Translations under genes and position numbers: made by a program | Shown here: positions 56,340-64,000 of the stretch, piece after piece | How positions within the stretch are numbered: position 1 is the stretch's first letter | How the letters are laid out: each line of letters starts with the position of its first letter | Notes under the pieces: generated by a model | Database searches by the model: none | Told to the model about the DNA's origin: nothing | Seen by the model: only the letters and a program-made list of their open reading frames with translations | Virus record (IMG/VR): IMGVR_UViG_3300029922_000001 | Span: 248,001-312,000 of that record | Length of the DNA stretch: 64,000 bases | Direction: 5' to 3' (one strand)

Positions 56340-56540
56340 ATGTTTAGTGAGAACGAAGTCGTTTTAACCCTTATTAGCGGTAAGCTAGTTGATGCTTTAA
56401 TTGTTGAAAAGAAGCATACCTATGTAGAGATGTTCGGTCAGGTAGTTTTAGATAAAAATTTCTATAAACTCCAGACCGATGTCTATAATTTCTTAATTAT
56501 GCGCAAGGAAGAAGAAATTATTAAAAAACCAAAGGAATAA
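56340..56540 (+). CDS. hypothetical protein
   Basis: ORF track; abuts rplL. Confidence 0.55.
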   Translation: MFSENEVVLTLISGKLVDALIVEKKHTYVEMFGQVVLDKNFYKLQTDVYNFLIMRKEEEIIKKPKE

Positions 56541-56565
56541 TTTTGTTTTTAATTAAACGAAATAT

Positions 56566-57387
56566 ATGGGGCTACTAAGAACTCTCTGTATATTAACAAC
56601 GATGTTATATGCGCAATTGGCATATTCTGATTATCTCTTTTTGAATACGCCAGAAAGCGTTAGAAAACCTGGTTATCATGTGTTCTCTACTCTGGAAAAA
56701 GATAAGTCTACACGTATTTTCTTTCACTATTGCAATAAAACACACGCGGGTATGTATTTTATTGCAATAGTTGATATGTATGATGCCAAATTTGGTTATG
56801 CAGTTGATTATGATCCTGGTGTAGCTGGAGCTAAAGCTGTTAATGGTTTTAACAACAGTATACAAACCGCACTTAAAGACATTAAGATATATTTACCTAA
56901 AGGTGATACTTTGTCTGGTATTATTGAAGGCAAGTCTAGGAAGACAGATTGGGTTAATTATTTCAATTATATAGATCCTAAAGTTGTTGGTTATGGTTTA
57001 AACATTACTAGTGTTAATGGATTTGCAATTAATGATCCTATAGTTACTCATGTTTTCAATATGGACACTAAAAAGGTTTATTTCGAATTTGGTAATGAAA
57101 AAATGAATTTATTCAACGGTTCTTATGGAATCACACATAGATTTGATATCCATAATGTGAGTGATAAATCTAAAAAATATATTATAAAATTATCTCCAAG
57201 AGGCGGTAATTTGATTTTTGCATATAAAACCGTATCACAAAATGTCTTAACGCCTATTCTTTTAGCTAGACGCTGGTATGATCTAGAAACAATCACATTA
57301 AAACCTGGTGAAAATTGGTGGCTAGAAGATATCATTACAGGTGGTTTCAATTATCCTGTAGCTATTGCTGTGGTTCCTGTGCTATGA
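56566..57387 (+). CDS. secreted hypothetical protein
   Basis: Signal peptide; NTPES, FFHYCN, GSYGI, SPRGG. Confidence 0.7.
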   Translation: MGLLRTLCILTTMLYAQLAYSDYLFLNTPESVRKPGYHVFSTLEKDKSTRIFFHYCNKTHAGMYFIAIVDMYDAKFGYAVDYDPGVAGAKAVNGFNNSIQTALKDIKIYLPKGDTLSGIIEGKSRKTDWVNYFNYIDPKVVGYGLNITSVNGFAINDPIVTHVFNMDTKKVYFEFGNEKMNLFNGSYGITHRFDIHNVSDKSKKYIIKLSPRGGNLIFAYKTVSQNVLTPILLARRWYDLETITLKPGENWWLEDIITGGFNYPVAIAVVPVL

Positions 57388-57424
57388 GAAGGATTGTTGT
57401 GTTTAAACTTATAATTTTATAATC

Positions 57425-57940
57425 ATGAATGAAAAATTAGCTTTAAAATGTTTGTTGTATGCCGCTAACGAGTTAGATGGTCCCCAATTTAAAAAAGAAG
57501 TTGACGCTATTACTAATATTATGCAGAGAGTTGCGGCACGACCAACTCAACAAAAATTACAACAGACAAATAATGCTAAATACGGTCCAAGATTACAACA
57601 AGCAGTTAAGGATTTTTGGCGTAAATATAAAACGCATTACCCAGCAGAAGCAGACGCTTTACAAAATGAATGTTTTATGGTGTTGCCAGTTGCATTACTT
57701 GATGTAGGAAGACAAGCTCTAAAAGATTCTGGTGCGGATTTTAAATTCTCAGCGACAGATAAGGGTTATGAAAACTTTTTAGATCAATATTTTATTGATT
57801 ATTTTAAGTTTTTTTTGAAACAGGCTGGTTTTTATAAAAATGAAAGCCAAGAAGAAGATTTTGACACTTGGCATCAAAATAATATAAACAAAACAAAAGA
57901 CATTGTGCCTGGTAATTTAGATTATTCTATAGACAAGTGA
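57425..57940 (+). CDS. hypothetical protein
   Basis: ORF track. Confidence 0.7.
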   Translation: MNEKLALKCLLYAANELDGPQFKKEVDAITNIMQRVAARPTQQKLQQTNNAKYGPRLQQAVKDFWRKYKTHYPAEADALQNECFMVLPVALLDVGRQALKDSGADFKFSATDKGYENFLDQYFIDYFKFFLKQAGFYKNESQEEDFDTWHQNNINKTKDIVPGNLDYSIDK

Positions 57941-57966
57941 TCTAATATATATGCTATAATTAATTC

Positions 57967-58284
57967 ATGAGAAATCCTTGGAGGCAAGCCATTGATGAAG
58001 TCAGATCATTATCTGACGAAGAAGCTTTACAAAGGGCTTCAGTTAATGGTAGAATCCGTGGAGTAATCAACAGTGCAGAACAAGCACGTAGTATCTTAAT
58101 TAAGATGTATGGTCATGACAACATCAACTATCAGAAGAAGTTGATTAATGGTGAAGTCGAACAAATACATTATAAAATTGATCAACCTATGTTGTTTTCA
58201 TCAGAAGAATTAAAAGAACCAGATTTGACTTTTGAAGAAAAGATTCAACGATGGAATTTGAATACTCAACAAGCAATAAGGTGA
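57967..58284 (+). CDS. hypothetical protein
   Basis: TGCTATAAT-6nt-ATG. Confidence 0.7.
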   Translation: MRNPWRQAIDEVRSLSDEEALQRASVNGRIRGVINSAEQARSILIKMYGHDNINYQKKLINGEVEQIHYKIDQPMLFSSEELKEPDLTFEEKIQRWNLNTQQAIR

Positions 58285-58285
58285 T

Positions 58286-59314
58286 ATGATGAAACTAGAT
58301 AGACAAGCCTTTAATGAAGCGGTAAGGAAGCGTGACAAAGATCAATGTGTCATGTGTAAATCACCAGCAAGCGAAGTTCATCACATTATCGAACGCAAAC
58401 TTTTTGTGGATGGTGGCTATGTTATGGATAATGGTGCCACATTATGTGGTGACTGCCATCTGAAAGCTGAACAAACAATTATCAGTGCGAAACAAATTAG
58501 ACTGGCTGCTGGTATTACGAATGTGGTGCTTCCTGAAGGTGTTGGTGACGATACAGATTTTGATAAATGGCTCAATCCAGTATTAACAAACAATAGAAGA
58601 TTAAAAGGTCCACTGTTTGAGACTGAACAAGTTCAAAAGGTTTTAAAGGATGCAAATCTATTGGATCTTTTTGATGATTATCTCAAATATCCAAAAACAC
58701 CGCATTTGTGGTATTCTAATACTTCTAGTGATGATAAATATATTGAATCAATGAGAATTATTGAAAATGAAGAAATTGTAGTTACTGAAAAAATGGACGG
58801 AGAATCACTAACTTGGTATTCAGATGGCTATTATCATGCACGTAGTTTAAGCGGTCGGGGAGGGGAAGATAGAAGCCTTGCCGCTGCGATAGCGAATCAA
58901 ACACAGTACGATTTACCCAAAGGTTGGCGTGTTTGCGCTGAAAACGTTGTGCGACAACATTCTATTGTTTATAAAAATTTAAACAGCTTTATATATGTTT
59001 ATTCTATTTGGGATGAAAATAATAATGCTCTTTCTTGGAAAGAAACAGAAGAATGGTGTGAACTATTAGGTCTAACTACTGTTCCTGTTTTATATAAAGG
59101 TAAATATAATAAAGAATTCATTCATTCATTATACTCTCCAGTAAAAGAAAATGGAGATGAAATGGAAGGTTATGTTATTCGCGTGGCTAGATCATTTCAT
59201 TTTAGTGAGTTTAGTCAGTGTATCGTAAAATGGGTTAGAAAAAATCATGTTAATAAAGACAGTAAACACTGGAGATATTCGGCAATTAAGAATAATTCAT
59301 TAAGTTTTATTTAA
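58286..59314 (+). CDS. HNH-domain / ATP-dependent RNA ligase fusion
   Basis: CVMC..ASEVHHI...NGATLCGDCH; KYPKTPHL, motif I TEKMDG, AEN, EGYV, KWVRKNHV. Confidence 0.88.
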   Translation: MMKLDRQAFNEAVRKRDKDQCVMCKSPASEVHHIIERKLFVDGGYVMDNGATLCGDCHLKAEQTIISAKQIRLAAGITNVVLPEGVGDDTDFDKWLNPVLTNNRRLKGPLFETEQVQKVLKDANLLDLFDDYLKYPKTPHLWYSNTSSDDKYIESMRIIENEEIVVTEKMDGESLTWYSDGYYHARSLSGRGGEDRSLAAAIANQTQYDLPKGWRVCAENVVRQHSIVYKNLNSFIYVYSIWDENNNALSWKETEEWCELLGLTTVPVLYKGKYNKEFIHSLYSPVKENGDEMEGYVIRVARSFHFSEFSQCIVKWVRKNHVNKDSKHWRYSAIKNNSLSFI

Positions 59315-59425
59315 TAATTTCCAATCTTTTTCCCAGATGGTTATCAATTTATAACCCATATTTTTAATTTTTTGTTCTCTTGATAATGTTCTTTTATAAA
59401 CATCTTCAAATGTACCTTTTAACAT
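59300..59425 (-). pseudogene. C-terminal remnant of a Vsr/DUF559-like endonuclease
   Basis: MLKGTFEDVYKRTLSREQKIKNMGYKLITIWEKDWK; an upstream in-frame stop cuts off the N-terminus. Confidence 0.5.
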
Positions 59426-59528
59426 CGGATGTTTTTATGAATTATTGTCAATCACAAAACACCGATAATGATCCTAATGATAAGCTTAAAATTCTTGCGT
59501 GGTGGACTTTTTAAGGTATACTATAGTT

Positions 59529-60050
59529 ATGACTCAGAACGATAAACTCAGTAAAGAAATTGAACAAATAGAACTTGAACTCAAAACCAAAAAAGATCAA
59601 CTAGAAACAATGAAGTTGCAGCTTCAATATGCCCCCTGGAGTTTATTGGTTGATTTTCTGATTTCAAATGGATTTATACACGAAGAACAATGGGATGTAT
59701 ATTCTAAAAATTTTTCAGATCCTATTCAGTATTGTGTAGGTATTGATACAGAAGAAATGGCAGTAAGAGGTTTCTTTTACAACCTAGAAGAAGATGAAGA
59801 CTTCTCTAATTCAAATGTGTATTCCGTTGAAGAACAACAGGAATTCATTGACTATCTTTGCAAACTCCAAGTGCCAGCTTCTTATGTGGTTCACATTAAT
59901 TGCGATATTCTATTTTACGCAATTAATGATAATACAGACGACATATTGCATGATATTAATGATAAACTGAAATATGGAGACGATAATCTTAGCAACACTA
60001 TTTCAAAATCAATTACTCTTGAAAAAATGCCTCAATGTTGTATAATTTAA
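59529..60050 (+). CDS. hypothetical protein
   Basis: AGGTATACT-6nt-ATG. Confidence 0.7.
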   Translation: MTQNDKLSKEIEQIELELKTKKDQLETMKLQLQYAPWSLLVDFLISNGFIHEEQWDVYSKNFSDPIQYCVGIDTEEMAVRGFFYNLEEDEDFSNSNVYSVEEQQEFIDYLCKLQVPASYVVHINCDILFYAINDNTDDILHDINDKLKYGDDNLSNTISKSITLEKMPQCCII

Positions 60051-60052
60051 GC

Positions 60053-60409
60053 ATGATGACGCAAGAAGATATTGATAATATTCCCGATAAAAAGTTAGGG
60101 CAATATACTAAGTATGCCCTAACTCAATGGCTTAAAGATCACGATTTAAGCAAAACAGATCCTGGTACCGCTACTCATTTTTATGCAGGATTAATCTGGT
60201 TTGGCTGGCTTATGAAAGATGCCGGTTCTACTGAGTTTATTGCTAATGTTAAGGGTCTAACGTATAAAGATGTAAAACAGGGTGATTTTGAAGTTATTAT
60301 AAGAAAAGCAGATTATGAGCCTATTGAAATTACTTTATGGGGTAAAATAGTTTCCCCATTCAGGCAGCTTCTCGGTAAGAAGCCAAGACAATTTAAGTTT
60401 TGGTATTAA
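60053..60409 (+). CDS. hypothetical protein
   Basis: TGTATAAT-6nt-ATG. Confidence 0.7.
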   Translation: MMTQEDIDNIPDKKLGQYTKYALTQWLKDHDLSKTDPGTATHFYAGLIWFGWLMKDAGSTEFIANVKGLTYKDVKQGDFEVIIRKADYEPIEITLWGKIVSPFRQLLGKKPRQFKFWY

Positions 60410-61091
60410 TTACACTTTCTGTAAAGTGTTTAAAAAGTGCTTTTTTAATTTTAATTTTATTTTCAGGATATAAATATTTATCTATTGCTTGCCAATGGTT
60501 ATTTATAGAAAGAGCTTTATTTAAATCTTGATATGAAACAATTTTTACATTAGGCGGAAAATCATTAATTATATTTACAAGTTGAGCCTGTCTTTCTTGT
60601 GGATCGTTGTAATATATTGCATCATGATAATTAGATTGATTATTTTTATTCATTGATTTAAGAGCCTTATTTATGTTTTGGACTTTTGGTAATCTATCTA
60701 TGTGATTATATTGATCTTGCATCGCATGAGATAATTCATGCGCCAAATCGGTTTTAAATAAATTGTAATTACTATTTTTTAGTATATCCATTGCCATATA
60801 AATTGTATTTGTTTCTTGATCATATTCTCCACCAACTGTGCCATTAGATATAGAGAATAATAATATTATATTTGGTGGATTTTTAAACACATTACTTTGT
60901 GTTATTATTTTATTTATTTCTGGTGTCATTATTTCAATTAATGTTTTTAATGGTTTATCATTATCGTACCAATATTCTTGTAAAACTGCTTTTAAAATAT
61001 CACTACGATAATTACTTTCCATGTAATTTACAATTGAAACTGATAAGGAATTTACATTTTTTATTAGATTTTGAGCATGTCTATACCACAT
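60393..61091 (-). CDS. HExxH metallopeptidase-like protein
   Basis: GGEYD, LAHELSHAMQ, YYNDPQERQA. Confidence 0.65.
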   Translation of the reverse strand: MWYRHAQNLIKNVNSLSVSIVNYMESNYRSDILKAVLQEYWYDNDKPLKTLIEIMTPEINKIITQSNVFKNPPNIILLFSISNGTVGGEYDQETNTIYMAMDILKNSNYNLFKTDLAHELSHAMQDQYNHIDRLPKVQNINKALKSMNKNNQSNYHDAIYYNDPQERQAQLVNIINDFPPNVKIVSYQDLNKALSINNHWQAIDKYLYPENKIKIKKALFKHFTESVINTKT

Positions 61092-61096
61092 TATAG

Positions 61097-62350
61097 TTAA
61101 TATTCAGAATCTCTAAACCCAGTCCTGCGTCTTGAATTCTTACCTTTCATTTCTTTAGTGATTGAATCAACATCTTTCATCGTTTGGTTAATCATAATGT
61201 CTAATGCGTATTTGAAACATTCAACCATATCAGGTATTTCATAGTGCTTATAAGATGCCACTGTGAATATTTCTTTTAGAGAAGCATAAGACACGTTCTT
61301 TTCTGAAAGCTTATTGATTAATACTATAATTTTCTCTGCATCTTCAAAGTCAACATTAATTTTGTAAAGATAATACTTGAAATACTTTTCAATATCGTCT
61401 TGTGTTGGTAATCCAAAAATAAATTTTCTATCGAACCTACTAGGTCGATAAAGTAAAGCTTCGTCTATATCTTCAGGATGGTTTGTGGTACCAATAAAAT
61501 AAGTATTATTGATTTCTTGTTGACCGTCTAACATGTTTAAAAAATCAGACAAGTTTGCCTCTTGTAATAAAACGTCTAAATCCTCAAAAACAACAACGCA
61601 ATGTGGTGGGTTTTTGAATGTATCAAAAATATCTGGTAGTTCAGAAGGTCCGAGTCTTCCAGTTATATATCTAAATTGATACTTACCAGTTGATGCTAAG
61701 CCTTTAAGAATGCTAGATTTACCACAACCCGGCGATCCTATCAATAGACTGCCTCTCTTGTGTGGAATTCCTAGTTTCTCTGCAACTTCTTTACCATTTG
61801 TAAAAAAGTTATCAATGTCTTCTAAGAATGCATCTTTAATTTCGGCAGGTAATAAAACCTCATTCAAATCCACAAAGGGAATATTATGTGGTGCCCATGA
61901 TCCTTGTTCATATTTTAAGTGCAAATTGGTTTCATTTAAAACCTGTGCTTTGCTGAAGTAGTTGTAAATGTATTTAAGATCGTCTCTACTTTGGCAGAAT
62001 ACATATGCGCCCCCAGCAGTTTCTAAATTAATAGATACAAAATAATAGACTCTGTTATCAAATGACATTTTAAATACACCTTCATGAAAGAAATCGTACA
62101 TTCCAAAAATTGTAAATTCAGGGTGTAATACTTCAATTTTCTCTGAAAGTAAAGATGTTAACAAATCAACTTTACCATAACCTATAGAAAGGCAAAGGTT
62201 GTGTTCTGGTGGGATTATATTGCCATGTGCAATTAACTCTCTAAGAGCCAATCCATGTTTCGTGTTTAATCCAATCAATCCGATGTCGTTTGTTTCAATT
62301 TTGATGTCATTTGGAAAGTCATCAACATGGTTATAGCTTCGGTAGAACAT
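61097..62350 (-). CDS. AAA+ ATPase (BCS1-like)
   Basis: HKRGSLLIGSPGCGKS, VVFEDLD, FLNMLDG, GTTNHPEDIDEALLYRPSRFD. Confidence 0.92.
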   Translation of the reverse strand: MFYRSYNHVDDFPNDIKIETNDIGLIGLNTKHGLALRELIAHGNIIPPEHNLCLSIGYGKVDLLTSLLSEKIEVLHPEFTIFGMYDFFHEGVFKMSFDNRVYYFVSINLETAGGAYVFCQSRDDLKYIYNYFSKAQVLNETNLHLKYEQGSWAPHNIPFVDLNEVLLPAEIKDAFLEDIDNFFTNGKEVAEKLGIPHKRGSLLIGSPGCGKSSILKGLASTGKYQFRYITGRLGPSELPDIFDTFKNPPHCVVVFEDLDVLLQEANLSDFLNMLDGQQEINNTYFIGTTNHPEDIDEALLYRPSRFDRKFIFGLPTQDDIEKYFKYYLYKINVDFEDAEKIIVLINKLSEKNVSYASLKEIFTVASYKHYEIPDMVECFKYALDIMINQTMKDVDSITKEMKGKNSRRRTGFRDSEY

Positions 62351-62395
62351 AATTTTATTATACATTTCGTGAACTCAATGTGGTATGCTGTTTTT

Positions 62396-62740
62396 ATGAT
62401 CTTAACTGATATCGAAATTTATAGTTGTTGTATTTTTGGACAAAATTATACATTTATTGAACACTCCAAAAAGAATATTAAATTATGGAAACAACTTCTC
62501 GTTGCTTTATCTGAAAGAAATATTCGTTTTGAAATTAATTCATCTGAAGGTAATGATAAATACAATGATGACTGTTATTGTTTTCTTAATGATTATAAAA
62601 CTACAATTTATGTGTTAGATAATTACAGTATTTGCTATCCTTTGATGGATGGAGAATCATGTGATTGGGAAATCGGATCATTTAAGAAATTAATGAATTT
62701 TATTGATAATTTTAAAGATCATCCAGCTAGAAAGATTTGA
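62396..62740 (+). CDS. hypothetical protein
   Basis: TGTGGTATGCT upstream. Confidence 0.6.
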   Translation: MILTDIEIYSCCIFGQNYTFIEHSKKNIKLWKQLLVALSERNIRFEINSSEGNDKYNDDCYCFLNDYKTTIYVLDNYSICYPLMDGESCDWEIGSFKKLMNFIDNFKDHPARKI

Positions 62741-62762
62741 TCTAAGGTATACTGTTTTCATT

Positions 62763-63899
62763 ATGAAACGAATCGGAGAATTTCCACAAAAAGAAGAAGT
62801 GCTTAAGCTATTGAGGACGACTGAAAAATCGCTTGTTTGTAAACTTGGTGTCGATCCTACAGCAACTGAGGTTACTTTGGGGTGGGCTGTCGTTTTACGC
62901 GAACTAAAGCGTTTACAAGTGTGTGGTCACAGTATCACATTAATTATTGGCGATTTTACGGCTGGCATTGGTGATCCTACAGGTAAGAGCAAAACTCGTG
63001 TACCATTGACACACCAACAAATTAATGATAATGTCAATGCGTTATTACCACAGATTTTTACTATTTTAGATCCTACAAAGACTTCTGTTAAGTTTAATTC
63101 TGATTGGTTGGCTTGTAAGTCATTTGCTGAAATGATGCGTATTATGGCAAATATTACTGTTCAACAAGCTTTGAATCGTAATGACTTCCAGAATCGTTTA
63201 GAAGACAATGCACCCGTAGGATTACATGAAATTATGTACCCTGTTTGTCAGGCTTTGGATTCGGTACATATTTGGGCAGATATTGAAATTGGTGGAGAAG
63301 ATCAATTATTTAATGTTATGATGGGTAGAGATTTAATGAAGCAAATGGGTATGAAACCTCAGTTGCCGTTACTTTTCCCATTGCTTTTAGGTGTTGACGG
63401 TACGCATAAAATGAGCCAAAGTCTTGGTAATTTTATTAGTATTCGTGATACTCCTGAAGATATGTTTGGTAAAACGATGTCGATTCCAGATAGTGCTATG
63501 CCTAACTGGTTCCATTTGCTTACTGATATTTCTTTTGAGTCTGCACAGAAGGAAAATCCTAGAGATACTAAATTAATTTTGGCTGAAGAGATTGTACGTC
63601 AATTCCACGGATTTGAAGCAGCAACTTTGGCAAAAATTAATTTCATCAATAGGTTTACTCATAAGATTGTAATGCCTACTGAAATTCTGGGTTTTTCTAG
63701 AGAGGATGCAAATGAATCTTGGATGACAATTCTTGAAGAAGCTTTACCAGGAGAAAGCAAGAATAACCTTAAAAGATTGGTTCAACATAAGGGAGTGAGG
63801 TTGAACGGTACACCAATTGAGAGTGTGAAGGATTTCCCAGAGGAAGGGATTTTGACAATTGGGAAACTAAGAGCGTGGAAAGTAGAGAGTTACGATTAA
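62763..63899 (+). CDS. tyrS: tyrosyl-tRNA synthetase (HIGH motif appears as TLGW, KMSKS as KMSQS)
   Basis: KLGVDPTA, IIGDFTAGIGDPTGKSKTR, HEIMYPVCQALDS, EIGGEDQLFN, KMSQSLGN, S4-like tail. Confidence 0.95.
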   Translation: MKRIGEFPQKEEVLKLLRTTEKSLVCKLGVDPTATEVTLGWAVVLRELKRLQVCGHSITLIIGDFTAGIGDPTGKSKTRVPLTHQQINDNVNALLPQIFTILDPTKTSVKFNSDWLACKSFAEMMRIMANITVQQALNRNDFQNRLEDNAPVGLHEIMYPVCQALDSVHIWADIEIGGEDQLFNVMMGRDLMKQMGMKPQLPLLFPLLLGVDGTHKMSQSLGNFISIRDTPEDMFGKTMSIPDSAMPNWFHLLTDISFESAQKENPRDTKLILAEEIVRQFHGFEAATLAKINFINRFTHKIVMPTEILGFSREDANESWMTILEEALPGESKNNLKRLVQHKGVRLNGTPIESVKDFPEEGILTIGKLRAWKVESYD

Positions 63900-63907
63900 C
63901 TCTCTAC

Positions 63908-64000
63908 TTAGCTTCGAATTGAAAGAATGCGTCGTAACTTTCACAATAACCAGGCTTATCATAGGTTACTTTCCAGCCGACTTTATTAAATGCAGGTTCA
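63908..64000 (-). CDS. C-terminus of a hypothetical protein (partial)
   Basis: Open frame ...VGWKVTYDKPGYCESYDAFFQFEAK* entering from the window edge. Confidence 0.4.

Noticed and set aside
1-64000. Genome-wide TAG reassignment (code 15)
   Set aside because: Long known genes translate fully in the standard code and several end at TAG at plausible positions. In-frame TAGs are confined to 49218-50068.
1-64000. CRISPR array
   Set aside because: There are no regularly spaced 25-45 nt repeats. The repeated CGAGA spacers belong to tRNA arrays.

Overview
AT-rich, gene-dense fragment of a jumbo-phage genome read in the standard code. There is no rRNA or CRISPR array. It is an accessory, translation-centred region. 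It holds about 15 tRNA genes in isotype-sorted arrays (Cys; Ser/Thr; Leu), a tmRNA, IF-3, bL12, LysRS, TyrRS and a Pth2-like gene. It also holds an RNA repair set (Pnkp, RNA ligase, Tpt1), ADP-ribosylation writers and erasers (WGR-PARP, NADARs, macrodomain), two TnpB genes, homing endonucleases and two wall hydrolases. Most genes sit 5-9 nt behind their own extended -10 box, so the mRNAs appear leaderless. The main finding is a set of three tiny leader ORFs that the ORF track missed. A Leu-rich leader with a terminator/antiterminator precedes six tRNA-Leu genes. A Thr/Ser/Cys-rich leader with the same architecture precedes the Thr/Ser/Cys tRNA region. A leader with two in-frame amber codons controls an RBS-sequestering hairpin ahead of an operon whose Pth2-like gene also carries an in-frame TAG. 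Together these suggest a phage system that senses the host translation state through ribosome-mediated attenuation of tRNA and translation-rescue genes. Protein family calls come from motif recognition by eye, not from database searches.
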